This document shows positions 10,246 to 21,519 of a DNA stretch of 64,000 nt, piece by piece. The DNA is from Macrostomum lignano (Eukaryota), in contig NIVC01001653.1 in assembly GCA_002269645.1 (NCBI GenBank), forward strand, positions 1 to 64,000. Direction: 5' to 3'. Below the pieces are notes generated by a model. That model was not told the DNA's origin. It saw only the letters and a list, made by a program, of their open reading frames with translations, and ran no database searches. Both the position numbers and the translations under genes were made by a program. The first letter of the stretch is position 1; the number at the start of each line of letters is the position of its first letter.

Positions 10246-13172
10246 ATGTCCCGCCAGCCAGCCAAAGGTCGCGCAGACCGCGGGAAAGGAGCCCAGTCCA
10301 CGCCGAATCCGGCTGTGCAGAATGAAATCATTCCTGGAAAATTCACAGAACACGACTGGTAATGAATGCTCTTTCCCGTGTCACCTACGCTGCGCCTCAA
10401 TTTCTTAAATGATTTGTGTAAGTATTCCCTCCCCAAAACTCTCGCCAGGAACCTGGCCATGGGACCCAGCGAAAACGAGGAATTCGTGCTGGGCATCGTG
10501 AATGATGTTGTTGACACGGCGTTGGCGAGATTTACGAGAAGTACCTGCAGCGACAGCTCATTCCCTACACTGTGTCGCTGGCCAAGGATGCTATGCTGCA
10601 AATTATTGAGGTATTTTTTGGACTTCTAATTCTGTAGCTTTTTATCGTACACGTGTTAATTTAATTATGATTTCAAGCCAAAGCAACAAAGTAGAAGCCC
10701 CACTGATTATTTGGAGTCCTTGAAGCTCATGAAGACTCACCCCGCCTCCCCCTCTCGCCCCAGTGGAATTTTCTGTCCCACGACGAAGGCGAGAGCCCGG
10801 ACCGCCTGACCGGCGAGGCCTGGTCCGAGGACCGCGAGCCGGCATCGGCCACCATCGACTCCTGGGGCCAGGGCTGCATCCCCAAGACGGTGCTCACGCC
10901 GCGTTCTTCGCGACTGTCAACCCCGGCTCCGCAGCCGGAGGCCATCGCTGAGGAAGACGACGCCGACCTCGTAGAAGCGGCGGCGGCGGCGGCCGAGTCA
11001 TCTGGGGTAGATGAGGAAGCGGAATTCGCCGCAGCGACTGCGGAGGCTGAGGCGGAGACGGCCACCGGCCCCGAGTCGGAGGAGGCGGCCCCGGCCGGAG
11101 CCTCAGCAGAGCAGGGCAGCTCCAGGCCGGGCGCCCGGTTCCGCTTCCGGCCGTACCGCGGCAAGCTGAAGTCGGCTGGCCTGTCGGCAATGAGTGAGAC
11201 GCTTCTGGAGACCGAGCTGCGCCTGCGCGATGTCGATGATCCGCGGCGTGGCGCGGCCGCCGAGGCGGCTGGAGGAGGCAGCGGCGGCGGCGGCGGCGTA
11301 GGCGGCATGCCGACCTCCTGCCTGAGCATCCTGAAAGTGCAGGCGGGCCGGCCGCCCGGCAACAAGGAGGTGATCTACGACGAGGCCGGCAATGTTGTCA
11401 GCGTGGTGAAGATCCCGGCGGATCGCCTGCCCTCGCACAGGTGAGTGAGGAGAGAGTGAGTAGCGCTGAATGGTGTTTTCGCCATAGACTAAATGGCTGT
11501 CCTAAAGGGTTGCAGCCTGGTGATTAGAGCGTCGGGCTCACGTTGATAGGTCGGGGGTTCGTTTCCGATCCCACCCGGAACAGTTTGTGTTCTTGAGCAA
11601 GACACTTAACGATCTGCATTGCTTCAGTTCACCCAGCTGTAAAATGGGTGCCAGCATTAGCTGGGGTAATTGAGGCTGTGTGTGGCGACCTTCCAGTCCT
11701 TGGACTGAACAGCCGTACGCAGCCTTCAGATACGCCGCGCAATAGCTGCGGCTGAGCAGTCGATTGCACATCTGTCTATTAGGGAAGGTGCAATAAAAAA
11801 AATAATACTTCCTCACAGCAGCTGATACAGTACGGGCGAATTTAAATTTACATAACTACTATAGTAAAAGGCCTTTATGGTTTAAAGCATTGATGTGACA
11901 CATCTATAGGGCAAATGCTATCAAACTACTTTTCCAAAATTAAACTTCATAGTGCGGACTGGCTTTCCCGCTTGAGAACTGTGATTATTTTGCAAGCCAA
12001 CCTGAAAAACACATACGCAGCTCCACTTCGCTGCCAGACCGACTCAGGCCAGCCAGTGGTAGCTCAGAGCCCAGGTAACAATCCACCCAGGTAGCAACTG
12101 GCTCCGGTGTACTCTCTTTGTCGGAAGTCACTTTTTGCGTTTTTCACGGAAGTCACTAAAATATTTAAACGAATAACACTAATATTATACCGCAAAAAAC
12201 AGCCACAATTAATTGTTACAAATTCTCCCATTCAAAATACCAGAGCTAACTTCAGTTTAACAATTATGGAATGTCTCTACTCTGTATATTTTAGTTATTT
12301 TTTACTATCTACATTATTTTATTACTATCTACATGTATTGCGCTACTTGCATCACTTCCATTGTTTATCTATGCGTGCATCACTTCCATTGTTTATCTAT
12401 GGCCTGTGCATCACTCCATTGTTTATCTATGGCTTGTGCATCACTGCCATTGTTTATCTATGGCTTGTGCATCACTGCCATTGTTTATCTATGGCTTGTG
12501 CATCACTGCCATTGTTTATCTATGGCTGTGCATCACTGCCATTGTTTAACTATGGCTTGTGCATCACTGCCATTGTTTGTCTATGGCTTGTGCATCACTG
12601 CCATTGTTTATCTATGGCCTGTGCATCACTGCCATTGTTTATCTATGGCTTGTGCATCACTGCCATTGTTTATCGATGCCCGCAGGGTGAACGTCGGCTA
12701 TCGCGTGCTGCAGGCGGAGCTGGAGGCAGAGAAGGCTCGCCTAGAGGCGCTCAAACGCGGAATTCGGGTACCGCAGGCTGGCGCGGGCGGGGCGCCGACA
12801 GCGGCTGGCCGGCGGCAGGTGGCAGCCTCCTCGGATCCGCGTCTGCCGCAGCAGGCGCCGAGCGGCCCGGCGCCCGACCAGAAGGTGGAGGCGCTGCCGC
12901 CGTCGCTAGTGGAGACCATCGACCTGGCGCCAGGCGTCAGCGTTCGCGAGGGCGGCCTCGTCCGCTCCGGGCCGCCGGCGCAGCGGAACGGCAACGAGAA
13001 GTTCGCCGAGATCCACCTGAAAGGCCTGCGGCCCGTGCAGGCCCGCCTGGCCGCTGGCGAGCCGCCGAAGGTGACGGCGACAGACCTGCTGCCTGCGGGC
13101 AGGGTGGCTGTGCGGCCGCCCATCAACGGCCGACAGCCGATCCCGCCCATCCAGCCGGCCGCCGCCCGCTGA
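10246..13172 (+). CDS. C2orf81: C2orf81-like (DUF4639) protein; exons 10246-10358, 10449-10610, 10764-11440, 12686-13172; apparent 1-nt deletion near 10525
   Basis: The spliced translation gives EIIPGKFTEHDW...EEFVLGIVNDVVD...YEKYLQRQLIPYTVSLAKDAMLQIIE|WNFLSHDEGE...WSEDREPASATIDSWGQGCIP. This matches the C2orf81 motifs recalled as DIVPGRL..EW / YL.QQCIPFTI.QA..AML.I.EWRFL..DEGE / W.ED.EP...TDSWAQG. All introns are GT-AG with consistent phases. Confidence 0.85.
11507..11806 (+). mobile_element. Full-length CORE-type tRNA SINE in intron 3 of the C2orf81-like gene
   Basis: A-box-like GGGTTGCAGCCTGGTG, B-box-like GGTTCGTTTCC, the CORE block, the shared 3' region and an A-rich tail. Clearly homologous to 4830-5115. 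Confidence 0.85.
12345..12675. repeat. 31-bp minisatellite (CCATTGTTTATCTATGGCTTGTGCATCACTG)n abutting the exon-4 acceptor
   Basis: About 10 tandem units are visible. Confidence 0.93.
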
Positions 13173-13958
13173 CCGCTGTCCCCTCCAGCTTCCCTCGCCG
13201 CCTACGCTTTCCCGATTCCCAAAATCTCCCTAAGCCTAATCCTAATGTGTTGTAAAATTCCTTGATTGTCAGTAAGGAAAACGGTTCAAGACTGACAGAC
13301 TTTCAGCTAAATGCTTCACTGTCAGTAGTTTGCCTCAAACATGCTGATTTAGATATATTCTAGTGGGATACTGGAGCCACTTTTAAGCTAGTACATTTTT
13401 TAAACATTATTTTAATTAACCAGCAGAGAAGCACCCGTGGAACATCAAGTTTTGCGCCAACGTGCAATTAACATAGAACACTTAAATCGGTCTTGAACTA
13501 AGGGCGTCTAATTAGAAATTTCAACTGTCCTACTTTAAGTAGCATGTCTGATATAATTTTTCCGTTACAAATAAATCACGGAAAAAGTCCTTTCGTGGAA
13601 TTGTTTCGTTGAACATGCTATCGAACTGTTATTTGAATTATTGTTTTCCAGACCCCCCCCCCGAGCTCACTGTAAAGAACCCGATGGGAATTTGTTCTCG
13701 TCAGATGCCCTTTTTTCGATCGTCCCAATCTGTTATTCTTAACTTTATTCGCTTGTGCCTGAATAATTAAAAATAAACCAATAAATTCTATAACAGCAAA
13801 AGACTGCTGTTACACAAGTTTACAATTGTAACTCGCAAGTACGCCTTGGATGGCACCATGAAGCTTTCATTCGTGACGCTCCATTTTAATAACTGAGACT
13901 GCTGCAATCAGATCTACAAGCAGTTCGTGCTCGAAAGACCGACTCTGGCAACCTGCGA

Positions 13959-14153
13959 TGTCCAGAGTCTATACAATGTCCAGAGTGTATACAATGTCCA
14001 GAGTCTATACAATGTCCAGAGTCTATACAATGTCCAGAGTCTATACAATGTCCAGAGTGTATACAATGTCCAGAGTCTATACAATGTCCAGAGTCTATAC
14101 AATGTCCAGAGTCTATACAATGTCCAGAGTCTATACAATGTCCAGAGTCTATA
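13959..14153. repeat. 18-bp minisatellite (ATGTCCAGAGTCTATACA)n, about 11 copies
   Basis: Tandem units end at the TA flanking the transposon TIR. Confidence 0.95.
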
Positions 14154-14416
14154 CACCATTTTAATTCCTATTTTGAACAAAGTCTTGTTCAAAAGAAACA
14201 AGCAAAACTTCAATTCAATTACTTTAAGAAATAACAGCCCTTGCGGAAATTCAATTCAAACAAAGTCCCTTTCTATTGAAACAGACGAACTTCAATTCAG
14301 ACTGTCTGTGGCCAAAATTGTCCCCGAGTGACGCGCATGCGCAGATTTGAAATTCAAAAGAAACAAAGTCACATTCTATTTCGACAGAGGGATAAGACAC
14401 AGCATATCGACGAACA

Positions 14417-14641
14417 TGTAGGCACCTGCTGCCCAGTGCTTGCATAATAAGTGTTTTTAGTCCTGGTGTGCATTTCCGATGTACATCCAATATTCTTGGC
14501 TTTCTGTTTTTAATGTACGCAGTCTCAACTGCAGGGTCGCTGCTAAATATATAAATCGATCGCACAGAGCCTACAATGGATTGAGGCTTTATCGGCTACA
14601 CACAACACATAACTTTCTCTCTCTCGGCTTCGCTCTCTACA
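14417..14641 (+). repeat. 5' LTR of Gypsy copy A
   Basis: TGTAGG...CTACA, identical by eye to 18877-19101. Confidence 0.97.
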
Positions 14642-14679
14642 GTGGCGTCGCAAGCCGCCTACCGCGCGGTAAACAAATC

Positions 14680-17600
14680 ATGGCAGCCAACTTTCTCTCA
14701 CTGCCCCCACCTGAGCCATTCTCAGTATCAGCAGACCCACACAACGCGGGCAAGCGCTGGAGTCAATGGGCGGACCGCTTTGAAGACTTCATCGATGCAT
14801 CAGGCATCACCAACGAGAAGCAAAAGTGCAAACTACTCAGCTACACAGCAGGCAAGGAAATCGCCGACATCATCCGCGAGGAGGCCAAGCCTGCAGCGGC
14901 CACAGAGGACGGCTAAGTCACCCTCAAGCAGACGCTGGACGCTTTGAAGACATTCTTCAACGGAAGAAAGAACATAGTATTCGCCAGATATCAGTTCCGC
15001 CTATGCACCCAGGCCACCGGAGAGTCCATCGAGTCCTGGTACGCCAGACTGCGCACTGCGGCAGAGCCGTGCGACTTCGAGCAGCTGAAGGACTCGCTCA
15101 TCAGAGACCAGCTCGTGGCAACCTGCAGCTCTGACAAGCTGCGCAGGCGGCTGCTTCAGGAGGCGAACATCAGCTTGGAAGAGGCCTTGCGAAAGGCGAG
15201 GGCATTCGAGGCTGCTGAGGAACAAGCCACGGAGATGGAGAAGACAGACTCGCACGTGGCCAGCGTTGCCAAGGGCGACAAGGTGAGAACGAACAGGCGT
15301 GGCCCGGCTCAGACGACCAGCAGGCCCGGCGACCAGCAGCAGCGCACCTGCTACCGCTGCGGCGAGAAAGGCCACGCTACCTGCGACGCTGCCAAGGGCA
15401 AGATCTGCCACAACTGCGGTAAGCCCAACCACCTCGCTCTTGCCTGCCGTCAGCCTCGGCAGTCAAACAGCAGCCGGATTCCACAGCAGCAAATCAGCAC
15501 CAATGCTGTATTCACAGCTGCCGACGGCTCCGTCAACGAGGATGTGTTTGCGCTGTACAACCGCGACAAATACCCATCCGACGTCTCACTGACTGTGCAG
15601 GTGGCAAACCGGCAGCTTCCCATGATGATTGACAGCGGAGCCAGCTGCAGTATCATGAGTCTCGGCACCTTCAGAGCGCTCAGCCTGCCAAGCCCACGCC
15701 CTACAAGAGCCGAAGTTCGCGCCTACGGGGTACCGACACCTCTCAGGATTGTGGGTACCGCCGATCTTGACATCCAAGTGGGATCTGCCAGAACAACCGC
15801 GACCTTCCACATCATGGACGGCGACGGCCTGACGATACTGGGGCGTCAGCCCGCATTCAAGCTAGGAGTGCTGAAGATCCAGCGACCTGAAGCTACCAAG
15901 CCGCAAAACATAAACGCCATCGCCGACACCACACCCTCCAAGCAGTGTAGCGACCCCCAGCTCAAGGCCATCCTGCAGAGGCACAAAGAAGTCTTCAACG
16001 GCATCGGCTGCATCAAGGGTGTAGAGGTCCAGATCCAGCTGTCCGATGACGCTGTTCCAGTCTGCCAGGCGCCCTCACGTGTGGCGGCGCACCTGAAAGA
16101 GGCCGTAGTTGACGAGCTCAAGGCTTTGGAGGAGCAGGGCATCATTGAGGCAGTCAAAGGTCCTAGCGCCTGGGTGTCACGCATGGTGGTGGTGCCCAAG
16201 GACGACGGTGGCGTTCGAATCTGCCAGGACCTCCGTGATCTCAACGCTTTCGTCATCCCAGAGAAGCAGCAAATCCCCACGCTGGATGAAATCACCGAGG
16301 AAATGGCAGACGCCAAGCTGTTCAGCGAACTCGATATCCGGAAGGCTTTTTATCAGATCCCAGTCCACGAGAGCAGCCGTCACCTCTTCACCTTCAGCAC
16401 GCCCCTCGGACTGATGCCGCTCAAGAGGCTCAGCATGGGGTTCACAAATGCCTCGGAAATCCTTCAACGAGTCATGCTTGGCATCCTCAGCGGCATCGAC
16501 GGCGTCCGGTGGGCGCACGACGACGTGGTGGTATACGCCTCCGACCTGAAGCAGCACCATGAGAGGCTGGACGCCTGCCTTCAACGCCTCCGAGAGTTCG
16601 GGATCACCCTCAATCAGGACAAGTGCAGGTTCGCCCGGCCGACTGTCGAGTTTCTCGGGATGCGCCTGACCGCCCGGGGCATGCAACCGGCCACCGAGAA
16701 AATTGACGCCATGCAGAACTTCCGAGAGCCCTCCAACGTGGCCGACGTCCGCTCTTTCCTGGGAACCGCTAACTTCCTGGCAAAGTTCATCCCAAACTTC
16801 GCTGACCTCGCGGCCCCACTCCGGCAGCTGACGAAGAAGGGCCAAGCCTGGGAGTGGACAGAAAAACACACAGCGGCGTTTAACGGCATCAAGAAGGCAT
16901 TCTCAGACGCGGACACGCTGGCCTTTTTCGACCGCAGGCTGCACACGGAGCTCCTGGTGGACGCATCGCCGATCGGCCTCGGCGCCATCCTCACGCAGCG
17001 GCAGCCAGACGGCAACAGCAGACCCGTCGCCTACGCCAGCAGAGCCCTCTCGCCGGTGGAGCAGCGGTACGCGCAGATCGAGCGGGAGGCGTTGGCCATC
17101 AAATTTGGGTGTCTAAAGTTTGAGCACTATCTGGCTGGCGACCCAGACTTCACCGTGGTGACGGACCACCGACCACTCGTGCCGCTTTTCAAGCCTGGCT
17201 CCCGTCCGCCACCGCGGATCGAGCGAATGGCACTGCGCATTCAGCATCTCCGCTTCAACCTGCTCTACCGGCCAGGCTCGACCAACCCGGCTGACCTGCT
17301 GAGTCGGCAGCCACTGCCAGAGCGGCGTCGGAATGTAGGTGAAGAGCTCGACGCCGCCTTCATCAACGCCGTGTCGACCGGGGCCGTGCCAAAGGGCTTC
17401 AGTCTCGACCAGGTTCGGGAAGCATCGCGCACCGACAGGGACGTCCAGGCGGCGCTGAACGCGATTCGAACCGGCCGCTGGGACATGCGAGCGGCAGCCC
17501 AGCGCTCCTTCAAGTCCATCAGCGGCGAACTGTCAGAAAGCGACGGAGTATTACTCCGCGGTGACCTCATCGTCATCCCCGAGTCGCTGCGCAGGCCGAT

Positions 17601-18759
17601 CCTTCAACTGGCGCACACCGGTCATCTGGGCGCCGATCGCACCCTTAAACGCCTGCAGACGAAGGTGTGGTGGCCTCGGATGCGCAGCGACTGCGAGCTC
17701 TTCGTCCAGTGCTGCACACTGTGCCAGGCTGCGGCCACCGGATTGCGACAGACACCATTGAGGCCGACAGATATTCCGGACGGTGCCTGGCTGCTACTAG
17801 GTATGGATTTCTACGGCCCAGTGCAGGGCCAGATGCTCCTGGTCACCACCGACTTGTATTCAAAATACCCAGAAGTCAATTTTCTCAACTCGACGACGGC
17901 GGAGAGCGTGATCCCCCACCTGCGGAGGCTGTTCGGCAGATACGGCGTCCCGATTGAGGTGGTCACCGACAACGGCCCGCCATTCAGCTCGGCAGCTTTC
18001 CGCAGCTTCCTCGCTTCGTACGGCATTCACCACCGCCTCATCTGCCCGCTGCACCCAGAATCCAATGGAGCGACGGAGCGAGTCAACCGCAGCATCGGGA
18101 AAGTGATTCAGACGGCAGTGGCCGAAGGTCGTAACTGGCGGGAGGCTATCGAGGACTGGCTGTTGGCGTTCCGCACGACACCACATCGAGCGACCGGCCG
18201 CGCACCTGCTGAGCTACTCATGGGCAGGACGATGAACGACGGCATCCCGACCATCAAACCATCACAGCTCATCGACGTTAACCATGAAGAGGTACAGAGC
18301 TGGCACAGAAACTATGTCCAAGACATGAAGGCGCGCTTCGATGATCGCAAGGGTGTCAACGAGCACGGCGTCAGAGTCGGCAACAAAGTTCTGCGAAAGA
18401 AGCAGCAACGTAACAAACTGCAGCTGCCGTTCGAGCCACATCCTTGGACAGTCAAGCAGGTCCAGGGAGACACGTGTGTCCTGCAACGCGGCGAACAGTC
18501 CTGCATGCGCCACGTCTCGCAGCTGCGGCCCCTGGTCGGAGAGCCTGCCGGCCAGCCTGCCGGAGAGCCTGCCGGCCAGCCTGCCGGAGAGCCTGCCGGC
18601 CAGCCTGCCGGAGAGCCTGCCGGCCAACCTGCCGGCGAACCTGCCGGCCAACCTGCCGGCCAACCTGCCGGAGAGCCCGCCGGTCTACCCAGCGGTAGCA
18701 TCGCCACGCGAGAACATCCAAGAGCTGCCCGTAACAGAGTGCTCAGCTACAAATTGTGA
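14680..18759 (+). CDS. Gag-Pol polyprotein of Gypsy A, with an in-frame TAA at 14914-14916
   Basis: Two CCHC knuckles (CYRCGEKGH; CHNCGKPNH), protease IDSGAS, RT core with WAHDD, RNase H (VDASP...IERE...TDH), and integrase HHCC plus D,D,E (MDF, TDNGP, ERVN). ORF 14944 is in the same frame as the ATG at 14680. Confidence 0.92.
18536..18690 (+). repeat. 24-bp coding repeat (EPAGQPAG)n at the integrase C-terminus
   Basis: GAGCCTGCCGGCCAGCCTGCCGGA units are visible. Confidence 0.9.
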
Positions 18760-18876
18760 TCCTAGGGTTTTTGTGCGTGGGCGGGCCGCTTTGATTGCTT
18801 TGGGGTTTGGGCCGGTAGTAACTGAGTAATTGAGCTCGTTTTTTTATCCCCTGAGATCTCTCTGGTTGGGGAGAAT

Positions 18877-19101
18877 TGTAGGCACCTGCTGCCCAGTGCT
18901 TGCATAATAAGTGTTTTTAGTCCTGGTGTGCATTTCCGATGTACATCCAATATTCTTGGCTTTCTGTTTTTAATGTACGCAGTCTCAACTGCAGGGTCGC
19001 TGCTAAATATATAAATCGATCGCACAGAGCCTACAATGGATTGAGGCTTTATCGGCTACACACAACACATAACTTTCTCTCTCTCGGCTTCGCTCTCTAC
19101 A
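18877..19101 (+). repeat. 3' LTR of Gypsy copy A
   Basis: Identical by eye to 14417-14641. Confidence 0.97.
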
Positions 19102-19222
19102 GAACATAAGAGTAAAATGAAAAACAGGAACAAGACAGTGTCAGTTGGCCAACTTGAGACACCTAACCATCAATTGCCTGTCCACCAACGCAGCGAGGTA
19201 CGTATGTAAACACATGGTTGAA

Positions 19223-19620
19223 TCACCCAGTGCATTTGTCCACAGAGATGCCGCCAATGGTTCTGTCCACCATGTTGTACAGAATGTCTCGCCGATAGGC
19301 CGCCATTGACTGATTCCCGTGCTGCTCAGCTATCGGAGTGATGAAATTTTGCTGGTCTGCTGCCAGTTTTCTCTTCAGAGTGCCCTTCCAACAGGAGATT
19401 GAGTTCTCCACAGGAATCAAAAATGGACTGTATGGTGGAAGCCACTTGACCTGAATGGTGTCCAGAATCTCGTAGGCTGCTTTTCCGCTCTCCCTGACCT
19501 CACGATCGTGTTCGCTGTTGACCTCTTGACTACAAGTTGGCGCGCCAGTTCCACAAGTCATCCCCAACAATCAGCAGCCCTTATGATACGGTCTCTGTCA
19601 CTGTTGCTTAAACAATAGTG
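19223..19620 (-). pseudogene. Internally deleted Tc1-type transposase remnant
   Basis: An N-terminal HTH-like segment (SDRDRIIRAA...ELARQL.VKRSTANTIVRSGR) is joined out of frame to the C-terminal catalytic motif WLPPYSPFL.PVE..S.WK, which resembles the LPPYSPDLNPIE motif of DDE_3 transposases. Confidence 0.8.
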
Positions 19621-21519
19621 CAAACTATTTGGAACTGGCGCGCCAACTTGGAGTCAAGAGGTCAACAGCGAACACGATCGTGAGGTCAGGCCAGGCAATT
19701 GATGGTTAGGTGTCTCAAGTTGGCCAACTGACACTGTCTTGTTCCTGTTTTTCATTTTACTCTTATGTTCGTCGATATGCTGTGTCTTATCCCTCTGTCG
19801 AAATAGAATGTGACTTTGTTTCTTTTGAATTTCAAATCTGCGCATGCGCGTCACTCAAGGACAATTTAGGCCACAGACAGTCTGAATTGAAGTTCTTCTG
19901 TTTCAATAGAAAGGAACTTTGTTTGATTTGAATTTCCTCAAGGGCTGATATTTCTTAAAGTGTTTGAATTGAAGTTCTGCTTGTTTCTTTTGAACAAGAC
20001 TTTGTTCAAAATAGGAGGTAAAATGGTGTATTAAAATTATTTTTTATTTAGCTCTGTGAGCATAAGACTTGGGATGCCTTTGTGCGAGTAGTGTATGATT
20101 ATCATCAGCAGAGTGCGTTTGAGAGAAAGAAATCGTCTATCTAGTGTAAATAAGATCTATGGACAACACACATTTTTTTAATTTGTCACAAAAGCCCACG
20201 CTTTCAAGTCCTGCATTGGGGCAGAGCAGTTCAGTGGAAAACGCGGCGCCTGACTCTCTCGCGCCACGACCTGTTCGGCCACATTCATTCGGGGCTTTTT
20301 GTGTGCTCGAACATTGGCCAGAGATAATTCACTTTGTACTGCGGCAATAGGAACAGTGCGACCGCTGCTTTTCGTCAGTAAAAAAAAGCTTAAAAAGCCG
20401 ACATGGGTGCTTAAATTTTGAGTTCAGTAGCTTAGGGACGTAGTCGCTATTTTTTTAAGAAGTTAATAGAACTTCTAATTAAGTTGGAGTAGATCAAAGA
20501 TCATATATAAGATCTATGGAGTAGATAAGTTCAACACACAGTGAATAGATTTCGACTATCAGCAGAGCTCTGGAAAAGCGGAAGAAAATTGTTGGTAGAG
20601 ACGCTGTTGTTGACATTCCAGCGGTACTCAACAACCCACAGACGGTTGCGAGAAGGCAGCAGTTTGTCCAGTGGCTCACGAGCGTTCAGACCAAATTGAT
20701 TATTGTTGTACCAAATTAAATGCCGCTGTGCCAGCCTTGCTACCATAGACAAAAGCTCCGTTGCATTGGCAAACGTATCTTGAATTAAATTCAATGCGCG
20801 TAAGCCCAAATGGGCTGCAAAAAGCAAATATTAGAGACCGGCTCAATGTTAAACTCGAGGTTTTCTTGGACTCATGGTTGCAACTGTATGAAAATGTCAT
20901 TCTGCACCATTTTCCAAAATTTGATTCTGCCGCTCAGCGTCGGATCGACGCATTGAAAGAAGAGGCTACTGTATTATGAGATAAAGACGCACATGTATGC
21001 TTAAGAACGACCAGCAGTTAACTATTGTTAGCACTGACAATAGGGAAAGTTTAATATACGAGTTATTTAATGTTTGTCATGCCCCGATTTTAAAAGAAGA
21101 TTTTAGTTTAACGGACTGACCAATTAAAGTTTTATTGAAAATAGAATAAAAATTCTTCGGCCAAGAACATTTTTTGCTAGCTTTTAGAAGACTAGTTTGC
21201 CAATAGCATGCCACTCAAAGTTATTCTTCTTTAAAACTGTGTTAATGGCGTCTAGCGTCGTGTTTTGTGTACGCGGTTGAGACCGCTGCGTGCTGTTGCC
21301 AACCACTCAGTGATGAGTCCCTCCCAGACTGACCCCCTCTTGTCTATACAGTACTGTGTGTTAGCTCTCATGCTAGTGAGGTTAGCACAAAACCACACCT
21401 GCGGTACAGCTCATTAGCCAAGCATATCTAAAATGCAGTATCAAAAAGTAGTTAAACTAATTATAGGAATGCAAAGTTGATTTTCCATACAAGATTTATC
21501 AATTAACACGACAGCCTTT

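Larger units (their letters stand above)
14417..19101 (+). mobile_element. Ty3/Gypsy LTR retrotransposon (Mag-like), copy A
   Basis: Identical 225-bp TG...CA LTRs, 5-bp TSD GAACA (14412-16 and 19102-06), PBS-like TGGCGTCGC after the 5' LTR, a purine-rich tract before the 3' LTR, and gag-PR-RT-RH-INT domain order. Confidence 0.97.
14154..20028 (-). mobile_element. Non-autonomous Tc1/mariner (IS630-Tc1) DNA transposon with ~337-bp TIRs, interrupted by an LTR retrotransposon
   Basis: The left TIR (14154-14416 plus 19107-19180) is the reverse complement of 19692-20028. TA dinucleotides flank both ends (14152-53, 20029-30). A transposase remnant lies inside. Confidence 0.88.

Noticed and set aside
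14914-14922. Programmed stop-codon readthrough in Gypsy A
   Set aside because: The stop lies early in gag rather than at the gag-pol boundary, lacks a CARYYA-type context, and is absent in the related copy B.
15001-18829. Many antisense or overlapping ORFs within the Gypsy elements and GC-rich exons
   Set aside because: They are expected shadow ORFs of GC-rich coding sequence, and no env-like or extra gene was seen.
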